Shown here: in pieces, positions 11,573 through 21,949 of the stretch
Layout: each line of letters opens with the position of its first letter
Position numbering within the stretch: position 1 is the first letter of the stretch
NCBI GenBank assembly: GCA_977862235.1
Contig: OZ374560.1
Location: 1,984,001-2,048,000, forward strand
DNA length: 64,000 nucleotides
Origin: Dudresnaya verticillata
Taxonomy: Eukaryota
Direction: 5' to 3'
The notes under the pieces: model-generated
The model's database searches: none
What the model was told of the DNA's origin: nothing
What the model saw: the letters and a program-made list of their open reading frames with translations, nothing else
Translations under genes and position numbers: made by a program

Positions 11573-12339
11573 TGTAGCATAACTGCTAGCAACCCATCAA
11601 CCGCGACTGTATGGGGATGCGCAGCCACGTACTGTAATGGTACTTGCGATGACACCCACTGACAGTTCGAAATTGGGCAGCGAGCCAGTTAGTCTTTTCG
11701 TTGATTCTAGCCACGGTCGATCGCCTTGCTGTCTGAAGCGGCCGCGCGCCGTATCCCACACGGAGCGCCCCAGTATCACTCTCAGGCATCGAGCGGTTGC
11801 GAGGGCCACTGTCCGTTACGCCCCGCCCGCGCCCACGGGTAGTCGTTACCCGGACGTGTCGACACGGGTATAGGCGCGCATACACCTCTCGAGATGGTGC
11901 TGTAGAGTCCTATTCCCTGTAATCATAGCTGTAGGTGTACATAATGTAGAGTATTTAAGTCCATATGCCGTCGAAGGCTCAGAAAAGCTGGAAAGCAATA
12001 GCTTGCGCTGAAGCTGCAACCACCCTTTCGGGTTCGATCCCTTTCTCTACGCCAGCGGGCGATTTTCCCTTCTTTCCCTTGCCTCGCTAGGCTCTCCTTT
12101 TCTCCTTTCTTTTCCCATCGACTTCGTCCCGCCCTTGGATAGGGACACCGGGATCTGGCAGCTGCATACCCGCGTACGGTACGCCCCGTGCGCGCTCCGG
12201 CATCGATACCGTCGATCCGCACCTGCGGAGGCGCACGCGGACGACACCACTCTATCAATAGCTACCCATAGACGGTTCCAAGTGGCGGGTTCGGACCAGT
12301 ATTTGCTAAATATCGGATGGACCCAACGTCAATGCTGCA
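11573..12339 (+). repeat. Diverged family A-related LTR (apparently solo)
   Basis: TGTAGCATA...ATGCTGCA termini, colinear with family A (e.g. CGTACGGTACGCCCCGTGCGCGCTCCGGCATCGA); no clear TSD. Confidence 0.8.
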
Positions 12340-13099
12340 TAACGCTCGTATTTGCGGAACGCTATCCGCGCAAGGTCGAATGGGTTCCAAAGTCAGGCTC
12401 GCCCGTCCCCTAAAGTACTATTCCCTCTACTTTTATAGGTATTTCTGCCGTGCCACGAGGGCCTCGTCGAGCGGATGGCGTCTGAAATCTACTCAGCTGA
12501 GCTTGCACTACCGCTGTATTCGCTTTACCAAAATATTCGTAATGGAGACGTCACCCGAATTCCGCGTCCGTGATAGGGTGTCTGCAAACTTGTTGCTGCC
12601 AAGGGAATCCAACGCGCCTCGATCCGGACTCCCAGCAAGCCAACAATACCACGTTTTCGGTGTTCTGCACTCATTTTCTTTCGAGGAGAATACCATCATG
12701 TTCGGCACGCATACGAAGGGGAGATTTCCCTCGTGAAAGAGGAGGTATGGCACGTGGGGTTCAGATACATAGTCGCTGGAGGAGCAACCGGACGGCTTTG
12801 AGTTGAACGGCCAGCAAAGTAGTCGACTGGCCGCGGTCTTGAGCGGTCGTGCGGGGTCGTGCACGGTCCAGAAGATTTGAGAATTCCAGAAATACGTCTT
12901 TCAAGCGTCCATACTGTATCCAAGCGGCCCTCCGTACCCGGATTCTGCAGCAGCACTGTGCAGAGTCACATCCGGCAGAAAACGGACGAGTTACCGCCCC
13001 TCTCCGTTTGTTTGCCCTCGCCGGTGGCGCAGGTCCGGGAGCGACTGTCGACAAAAGCATACTAGTAGCGTTTGAATTGACTTCGGAAATGGTTTCGAG

Positions 13100-14900
13100 C
13101 CATATTCCTTCTCGGGTTGTGATATGTCGAATTAAAGGAACTAGGTATTGAATCGAGCCATAGGTACAGTCAAATTCATAGAAACAGAAATAACACAGAA
13201 GTGAGGAAGGAACTTGAGACAGACAAGACATCGATCTTTTTGGGATAGGGTCAGGACATGCCGTGCGAAATTTCTTACACGCTGCAATTTTTCGCAGAAA
13301 CGACGACGCATGCTGAATAGTGCTCAGATGAACACTGCGGTGACATAGACTCTGAATCTCTTTCCAGAAACACTTTCCGGGATGCCTCATGATTTACAGG
13401 TCATTGACAAGTTTCAGAAGGGTACGTGGAGCCATAATGCAATCTTCGAGTGTTGCCTTCGTGGAGGAGATAGTGTAGAGAGGAAGTCGTCTATGTGTGC
13501 GAGAATGTGATACAGGAGCTTCTAACGAAGATAATACAAGAGAAGGCGTATAAGTTTCGTAAACGATAGAACGGACCGTCAAAATCCGAACAGAAGTGAA
13601 GTCCTGTACAGCGGTAGTAGCGGCCATAGTAGCGGAAGATAAATCAATCCATCACATCCGGTGGCAGATAATAGTAACGGTGGGCACTCTTTATGGTCCA
13701 TGACATGATAGTGTCCCGAAACCCTATCTCCACTGCAAAGTATGTTACGGTTTCCATCTTGATGCTTCTGCGAGGCCAGTGCTTACTTTACCGGTGGAAC
13801 TTGAGGACGAATCGAACTTTTTGCTGTCCACAAGTTCCTTTCGTTACACTGAGATTTGCGGTCCACACCTTCCTCTTGCTACACTGAGGATATCATTTCC
13901 CATTGCTTTTGTTTTCACATGGATTCCTATTACGATAGCTCTTCTCAAGTGCCCTGCCGAAAGTCCTTGTCCAGGTCGTTTCTCACCGTTTTGTCCTTAT
14001 GGCTTGTGCGCAATATTCATCTCCGGCTCCGGCTCGTCCAATATCTTTGCCACAAAGAGGTTATTTAGTTGATTAGTGGCTTCTATATCCATATTGGATG
14101 TGCCAGACACTCAGGCACTCATGTAGAATTTTGAAAATAACAGGTCGCTTTCTTGCTTTACCAAGAAAGAAATTGGCCTCACGGTCTCCATCTCCTGATC
14201 TGTAATGTCCCTCAAATGCTTTATTGCGAGATCGATAGTACGTTTAGAGTGTGGTATAGTGTGGGATCCCAATCTGTACCATCGTAGTTTCCACACTAGT
14301 CCATATTGTGTCTCCGTGATTCCCAAAAAATCCAATCCTATGGCGCCTCCATGATTGCGTGTGCCACGATGGCATAAGAATTACAGTACACTACTGTCTT
14401 CCGACATCGCTATCCTCTCCGTGTTTTCGTTGTTATCTGCGCATACGCCTCCGAGGCACACGATACGCGCGCGCAATTCCGTATTCATCGTTGGATCCGA
14501 AGTTTTAAGGATTACCCGGGTTAAAAAATCTCCCGCGTTAAAGTACACTTCGGATCCGTGTATATTATTTTTTGGATAGTCTTGACAACCTCCGCGGGTC
14601 CCGGTAAGCAGCACGCCAGGCCCGTGGAGTCATTTCTCCCTACACCCGTCCTTATTTTAGTGTTTTGGTGTCTTTCGAGTACGAGTACGTGTTTATGGAT
14701 AAGGTTAATCTCGTTTTCGATAGCCACGTGCACCCGGATTATCCCCAGTTATCCATTAGTTCTCCATTCCGCACAAGAACGCTTTGAAACGGTGTTCTAT
14801 CGCTTCGGTCGCCCAGTTCTGCCATCACTACTAACCCTGGGTTCTCCGTGTGTTCAGGGTCAGGCACTGAGGCCATCAGAATAGCCAGGAAGCTTCACCT
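13100..14900 (-). pseudogene. Highly degenerate coding relic, possibly retroelement gag
   Basis: Short broken minus-strand frames, CYFC near 13190, TATA-like and CT-rich leader near 15060-15170; no firm motif. Confidence 0.25.
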
Positions 14901-16195
14901 GCGATGGGAGATGCCCGTTACCACTTATACCACATAGAGCAGCTATAAATGCCAGTTCGGCAAGCGCCAAACGCCGAGTCAGATCCTGAACTGAAGGCTC
15001 TTGCGTTTTTGCAAGTTATATGGCCGATAGTCAATGTTCGGTCGATACACCGGCACAATCAAGGGAGGGATTCGTATAGTCTTAAGGACAGTAGGGAAGG
15101 GAGGGAGTGAGAACGACGGAAAGAAGTTGGTGCAGGTCGGAGAGTGCGGCACCTAACCCGCCTCTTATACCGAGAGTCAGTACACAGAGCCGGAGCCCGA
15201 GAAGCACTAGGAGTAGTATGTAGTAAGATCCAAAAACTGCGTTGTTAAATAGTTACCATAAAATGGCACACGCATTTTATGGTTGCTTCTTAAAGCAGTA
15301 CTTAATGTTGAATTGATCGACGCGCATTTGCGTCGTCTGTACTTTGTGCCACATCGGGATCTCCATAGGGCTGTGGAGTGCAGTACGCTCGGCACAGCGC
15401 GCTACCCATACCACGATCTTTTCTCTCCTGCCAAGCACCTTGGGAAACACAAAGAAATACTAAACCGTAGCCACGGTTGACACAGGCCGTGGTGGAGCTT
15501 ACTGAGGGCGAGGGAGCAGGAGTCTCGAAGAGTCGGCCAGTGACCTGAAATATAGATTCATTTCCGTTGACATAAGTAGCTGCGAGTCGAAATAGGCGTT
15601 AACAACCATGTTTGGAGTACGCCAGCCGCCCCTTGCTGTAATTAGGGAGGTAGAACGTTGAGTAGGACCATAGCTGTCATACTTCCACTTCGCAAAATGT
15701 GAGAAGAGAAACTGGAGAAAGGCGGAGGAGTAAATTGTATCGCGGAAAGGCAGGCTGTCAATGCATCCGTCGGTCTGACGTGACGAGGGGTTGCCCTTCG
15801 GAACGTTCGATGACTCGTTCGTTGCACAAGAGCTGTTTAAATATCCCATACATTGGCGCCCCGGTCCAATTCGGGACGACAATAATTATATGGCTGCTTC
15901 CTCTTTGACCTTGAGCAATGTCGACGAAATCCACGTCGGAGGTGGATTCCAAAGACGGCTCTTCCCATCGCCCCAGTTTTCGTGGAACTGGCCGAGTATG
16001 ACCTTGCGTCGAGCCAATGGAGCTTCCCCTAACGGCCAGTAGCGCCTGACGGTTTGTAACCGCATCGATGTTGCGACGGACTCCAGCAACGGTGGTGTCG
16101 CTGCTAAGTCCCTGAGGTTCCAAGTGCGACTGAGGATGTCTGCGTGTCTGTTCAATGCGGAAGGGAGCCAACTCGCTCGAATCGACAACTGCATT

Positions 16196-16963
16196 TGTAG
16201 TATAGACGTCGGGTCGATCCGACGTCTGATACTCGCTGGTCGGAAGCCGTCGCACAGACCCATCGATGGGTAGCTCTTGTGTGGTAGAGCGGTGTCGGCC
16301 GCGTGCGCCCCGCAGGTCCGGATCGACGGCGTTGATGCCGGAGCGCGCACGGGGCGTACCGTACGCGGGTAGGCAGCGGCCGGATCCCAGCGTCCCTGTC
16401 GAAGGGCGGCACGAAACCGACGGAAAGTAAAAGAAAGGGGAAAAGCCTAGCGAGGCAAGGGGAAAAAGGGGAACCGCCCGCTGGCGTAAAGCAAAGGGAT
16501 CGAACTCGAAAAGGCTGGGGGCAAGCTTCAGCGCCAGCTGTTGCTTAATTTACTGACCCGTCGATGGCAGACGGCCTTAAATACCCTACGCTATGTACAC
16601 TACGACTATTCTACAGTAGGTGCGCCCCACAACACCAACGCGGGAGGTGTGCGAGCGCGCGACCATACACGTGTCGACACGTCCGGGTAACAGTTACCCG
16701 TGGGCGCGCGCTGGTCGTAACGGGCAGCGGCCCTCTCAACGGCTCGATGCCGGAAAGCGTCACTGGGGCGCAACGTGTGCGGCACGGCGCGCGGCCGCTG
16801 CCGGAAGCAATGCGGTCGAGCGCTAGTAAAATCAACGAAAAAACAAAGAGCACACTGCCCAACCACGACTCGCCAGCGGGCGTCATCATGTGCACCATTA
16901 CAGTGCGGGGCTGCCAGCATACCTTACAGCCGCTGCCGATGGTGTGCTGACAGCTATACTACA
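16196..16963 (-). repeat. Family A 3' LTR with polypurine tract
   Basis: TGTAGTATAG...CTATACTACA; preceded on the minus strand by GAGGGGGGTCCG (16964-16975); flanks GCATT and CGGAC are not a TSD. Confidence 0.9.
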
Positions 16964-17024
16964 CGGACCCCCCTCAAGCGTGAGCGCCCCGGTCACGGCC
17001 CTTGAGGTTTCCCATTTCGAAAGC

Positions 17025-17288
17025 AGCGCAGAGGCGCTCCTAGTTCGTGAGTAGGAGCGCAGCGGCGCGTCATAAATCAGCCAATACGAGGGGTCCAACT
17101 GGCGTCATTATAAGGCCAAGTGCAAGCCACGTGTACAGCTGTAAGGCCACGTGTACACACGTGTCTCCCACGTGTCATCCACGTGTACAACAATGAAAGG
17201 ACAGCTGTTCTGATTAAGGGACAGTCTGTCCCGCGAAAAGAAGTGCGCTCCTGTAAGCCCTCCTGCTGACAGCGTCCATACTGCCACA
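17025..17288 (-). repeat. Truncated 3' LTR of element 2 (U3 part only)
   Basis: 264-bp direct repeat of 30709-30972 with about 7 mismatches by eye; ends CCATACTGCCACA. Confidence 0.9.
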
Positions 17289-17952
17289 CAGCCCCCGTCT
17301 GAAGACCGAAGCGGCTCGCAGGGCTATGATTGGCGGTTTCCCAAGATGAAATCTCCTTCATGAGTGTTGTAGCGCTGAACGGCTGTCTGCGGTGTGCCTC
17401 ATTCAGTTCGGGCTCAAGTCGGGCTAGCGAGCCGAGTCGGACTAAGTCACATTCGGGGCATCATAGGACGTCACCTCAACGCATAGACGCCGTCTCGGCC
17501 GTCGACGGCCCGTGGGCATTGCGGCTCACGAGTTCGCATCAGGCGATTTTCGCGCGGCGGCGCGCCTATATAACCAATGGGTTGCGGCCCTCTCTCTCTC
17601 TCTCGTCTCTCGTCACCGACATCCCGCGCCCGTCGGCTTTCAGCAACTCGTGTCGCATCGCCCGTCGGCTCTCTCTCTTTTCCTCTCTCCTCCCTTCGTC
17701 TCCCAGCCTCTCCTTCGGCGTCAGCTTCCGCAGCGTACTCGCCAAGCAACTCCGCGCGGCGTTCACGCGACTGCTACCAACATCTGCCTGGCCCGTGCCG
17801 CGGCACCTGTCAATCGTACTGGACTCTTCACGCGGCAGCGTGGCGCTCCATCTGGAAGATACCCTGTTTCGTGCTGCGCCGCGGTCGGTCTAGGTTATTC
17901 CCTTGCTCCCGCAAGTCGTTACGCTCAACAATCTAGGTAGGAGACCCTCAAG

Positions 17953-18729
17953 GTGCAAGTTTCAGGCAGAAGTCCGTCAGGGAGAAGATCTGCAGGTAGA
18001 AGACCTGCAGCGTTCAAGAAAGTCGGAGAAGTTCCGGTTCGAGTTGCGGCGCTCCGCTTCGTCTCCTCATCGGCCAGCTTGGCAAGCAATCCGAATATTG
18101 CTCACGGACAAGCCGGGTCGAGCACGGCGGTGCAGGGTTTCAGCGTCGATGCGGCGGGTGTACCGTTGGCCATTACGCGGAGTCGCGACTGGTTAGTCCG
18201 GACCGATTTGTCCCACATCAAGGGAATGGCCGGGGCCCATCGCGAGGACATTCTCCGCTTCGGCCGTCATCGAGCGCAAGCCCGTGCGTGGGAACTCAAT
18301 ATGCGCGACCGCATCGATATCCTTCGTGGTACTAATATCGGGCTTCCGCCGCTGCCAGCCAGCCAACATTGGGACTTGGCCTTAGTTCGCTTCCAAGATG
18401 AGCACCGCTACGTGGAGCACCACTCTCAGATGTACCTGGAATTCTGGGATGAGCTCCGGTTGTTTCATTCCAAGGGGGGTTACAGCCTGGAGGTGGTCAG
18501 CTTCGAGAGGCCACTCATTCGCCCCGACCGGGATAACTCTCCCTATACCATGGCGCTCGTCACGCGGTGGGATGAGACCTCCAATTTCAAGTATACACTG
18601 GATAACCCGCATTGTGGTGCAATCCACTCGGTAGAATCGAGGATGCACCTCAGGCGGTTCGGGGGCCTGGCGGTAGCAGGTGAGGTAGTAGCGGTAGAGC
18701 AGGGGAGTAGCCCCGTAGTGCGACTGTAA
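17953..18729 (+). CDS. Antisense accessory ORF1 of element 2, unknown function (first in-frame ATG at 18226)
   Basis: 258-codon open frame with protein-like composition; TATA-like CTATATAA near 17566 followed by a CT-rich leader; A-rich trailer 18765-18800. Confidence 0.55.
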   Translation: MQVSGRSPSGRRSAGRRPAAFKKVGEVPVRVAALRFVSSSASLASNPNIAHGQAGSSTAVQGFSVDAAGVPLAITRSRDWLVRTDLSHIKGMAGAHREDILRFGRHRAQARAWELNMRDRIDILRGTNIGLPPLPASQHWDLALVRFQDEHRYVEHHSQMYLEFWDELRLFHSKGGYSLEVVSFERPLIRPDRDNSPYTMALVTRWDETSNFKYTLDNPHCGAIHSVESRMHLRRFGGLAVAGEVVAVEQGSSPVVRL

Positions 18730-19395
18730 AACACTACAAGACCGAGAAAGGGGGTTACCCTAGAAAGAAAGAGAAAACAAAGGAAAAATAAGAGAAAAAC
18801 AGGATTCTGTACGATGAAGAAGGGCAGCGTATGTACTGGAGTCCAGCCTAGAGAGGGAGTCGATAGGGTACGAGGGTACGTCTCGCCGGGCCCAAGCTTA
18901 GCCGTTTACTGTACGAGGGCGCACCTCAGGGCCCTAATATACTATGTAGGAGGCGGGTGCGCCTTGGTTGCGGATTAAGGTAGTGGAAGGGGCGCGCACC
19001 ACTTGGCATTACGTGGCGCGCGCAAAGCTATAATTATCTACTAAAATATCGCCTGTCAGCCTGTTGGTAGTGTGGCTTGACCGTGTGCGCCAAGGGGGCG
19101 CACGTGTGCACGTGTACGCGTTGTCGTCTTGCGGGGGCATCCTTGCTGGCCGAGGGCGCCGGGCACTGTCGGGCCGGGCGCCTTACAGGGGCACTTCCCC
19201 AGTGTCATTGCTGGCGTATGCGCGTGGTGCCAGAGCTTATTACAGAAATTGGCTCTGAGCTCAATCATCCGCACAGCGGTTGATCCGCAGGGACCGGCCG
19301 CGGTGCGTCCGTCGTCCGCAGTCGCGTGAGCCGTGGGTGGCGGCATTATGAAGAGTTCTTCAGCAGGGCGCCAAGGCGATTTGCGCCACACGCAT

Positions 19396-21112
19396 ATGGC
19401 GATTTCTCGCGACCTTCTCCGCTTCGAGAGCTCGTACCCGTCATCGGACGGGGTGTTTCGTGCCGGCGCGCTGTCAGGAGGTGGTGGCCATCAAGTCCGA
19501 GTTCTACACGGGGAAGTACGTCCCGATCCCAACGGACCACCGTGATTACGAAGTCTCCTACCCCCTGCCCGTTGGCACTACGCCAGTCGTGGCGTACAGG
19601 TGCCTTGATATGATGAACGAAAGTTATCATCAAGGTGTTCTGTGGATGATCTTCCGTAATGAGTGGGTGGTCATGGTCGCCCAGACCTTCATGTACGAGG
19701 CCCGGCGGGGCTATTTGTACTACATTAACGCCCGCCTGCGTGGGGAGATCCGCGGACTTGGTGTCGGCCAGCTTACGGCTAATGTTGACGATGCTGCAGA
19801 TTTGGAGGCGCTCCTCGTCTTTGTTGACCGTGTCCGCTGGAGTCGAATCAGTAAGCGAAACCGCTACTTGCCGGAGAACACTGGCTTCATTACGCCGGTG
19901 TTCGACCGAGGTGACTGGGTCGATTTCGACGCGGTGGAGTGCCACCCCCTCCTACCGGAGTACTTTCTGCAGGCGCAGCCCAGCAATGATGAGACGCTTC
20001 TCGTGGACACAGGCGTCCGTATGACCGGCTGTACCGAGGATTGGCAGAGTACTCCGAGTGAAGGCCCAGCAACTCCGGCTGACGTGCCGCCGATGGATGT
20101 TACTGTGTCGGGGCAACCACAAGGGCCGTATGCGCCAAGCATGCGAAACGTCGCGAGGGCCGATACCGCTATCGGTGACTTGTTCAATCGGCGGGGGCTC
20201 GCTATGCGCTTGGCAGTCCATTGGGAGGTGACCAACTTAACGCTTTTCAGTTTGGCTGACTGGGTCGAGGATGTCCTCTGCGACTATGAAGCCAATTGGG
20301 TGAGCTCACCTGGGCCCATTGAGGCGTCGAAGGCGTCGTTGGCCGTGCTTCCACCCATCGGGCTACAAGCCAACGCCTCGGAGCAAGCTCAGGAGAATCC
20401 GTCGGGCGCTGTTGTGATGGGGCCTTCAGCGGTGGCGAGCGCGCCGAGTGCTTCCGCGTCTGGCTCGAGAGACCCGCGACTCGCGAGCCGTTCCCGTCTG
20501 GGATTGGGCCATCAAGGCCGTCGCGTTAGATCGCTGCCCAGCGCGGAGGTTCCCGTGGCACCGCATGGTGGTAGACAAGGCGCGGATCCTCGCGAAGGAA
20601 CGACTGCCGACGCGTCGGACATCCCTCGAGATGGCTCCTTGGTCGCGACCCCGGGTCCGTCGACCGCTGCGCCTCAGCTTCCCTCGGTTGTTCAAGAGGA
20701 GAACGCCCCGCCGGCGTCGCCTATGGAGGTGACGGTAAACTTACCCGTTCCGGAAGTGCCGGCTGGCCAAGCGTTACAGCTCGAGATGACCCTCCCCGCT
20801 ACTACTGCGGCGCCCCCGCCCGAGGCTGAGCCACAAGAGGTCATCGTGAAGACAGAGTTGCTACTCAAGGAGGAGCTCGAGGAGGAGGACATGGGTTTCC
20901 AGGAAGGTGAGACACCGGGCGGGGAAGGAGTGGTGCCTAACGAGGCTGGAGGCGGATCCTCTGCGCGTGCAGTCGGGGCTCGTCGTGGGCGCGGCCGCCG
21001 CATCGTTCGCGAAGCTCGCCGCGTGACCGTGATGCCAGGGCAGGGGCCCGTCGCGAACCCGCCGTTGCGCCAAAACGAGGTGATCGACCTGTTGGACTCG
21101 GACTCGGACTGA
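19396..21112 (+). CDS. Antisense accessory ORF2 of element 2 (550 aa open from 19460; likely ATG 19396 plus one frameshift)
   Basis: Globular aromatic N-domain, Pro/Ala/Ser-rich middle, acidic tract, RRGRGRR, terminal EVIDLLDSDSD; N-domain resembles the element 3 antisense ORF. Confidence 0.75.
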
Positions 21113-21699
21113 AGTCCTTCCCACATCGTAGTGCTTGTGTCGGACGCTCCCTAGTGATAGTAGATAGGTGTGAGTGGGAGAGCGTCGGTGCAGCTAGTGG
21201 AGCTAGGGGACCTTTCCGCGTTGTAACTCTTGAGCAAAATTGCATTGACCGAATGTTCTCGCCTTCAGCGCGGAGGTTCCCCCCGTCGCTATGCCTTAGC
21301 GTAGTACGTCGCGCGGTCCCACCTTACTGCTTGTGGAATGCTCCCTGCCAGCACGCTCCTTCCGGGGGAATTTACACCAAAATTAGGGTACGGTGCCTAC
21401 TGTAGCGGGAACAAAATTAATGTTAAGCGGCTCACCGCGTGCTCATTGGTGCAGGGCTTCACAGCGTGCGTTTTGTGGCGGCTCCGGGAATGTAAGCCGG
21501 CATGATTGGCTTTGCCCTTTGGCATAAGTGCCACCAAGAGGCGGTCGCCGTGAGCCCGAGCCGGGGAAGCGTCGCAGTCACTGCTGACTGAGCAACAGTG
21601 TGAGATTCCGGCTCTTGGTTAAGTTAGTCGCTGTACAGAGTAGGTCCGTCTGTACGCTTAAGTAAATTGTTGTGGTGCCAGTTGGCACCGGTCCTATTC

Positions 21700-21840
21700 A
21701 TTTCAGCTCCGTAGAGCGCATCTATCCAGGTTTCTGCCAGCTTTCATCTATCCACATCCGCTCGTCCAGCATCTATCCAGGCTTCTGCCAGCGTGCATCC
21801 ACATCTATCCATATCAGCTCATCGGAGCGCATCTCAAGGC
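21700..21840. repeat. Degenerate tandem repeat (about 51-bp period, CATCTATCCA core)
   Basis: GCATCTATCCAGG(T/C)TTCTGCCAGC at 21718 and 21769 plus further CATCTATCCA copies. Confidence 0.7.
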
Positions 21841-21949
21841 TTCGTCCCTTGTTTCCTTAGCTCGGCCTGCTAGCCCACATTTGACGGTTGTTTTCACGTC
21901 AGTAGGGCAACAGCCCTAGAGGTAGTAACCCACCTTATGATTCGTAGGG

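Noticed and set aside
21700..21840. Spaced short repeats as a CRISPR array
   Set aside because: Irregular, spacers resemble each other, no cas genes, eukaryotic TE context
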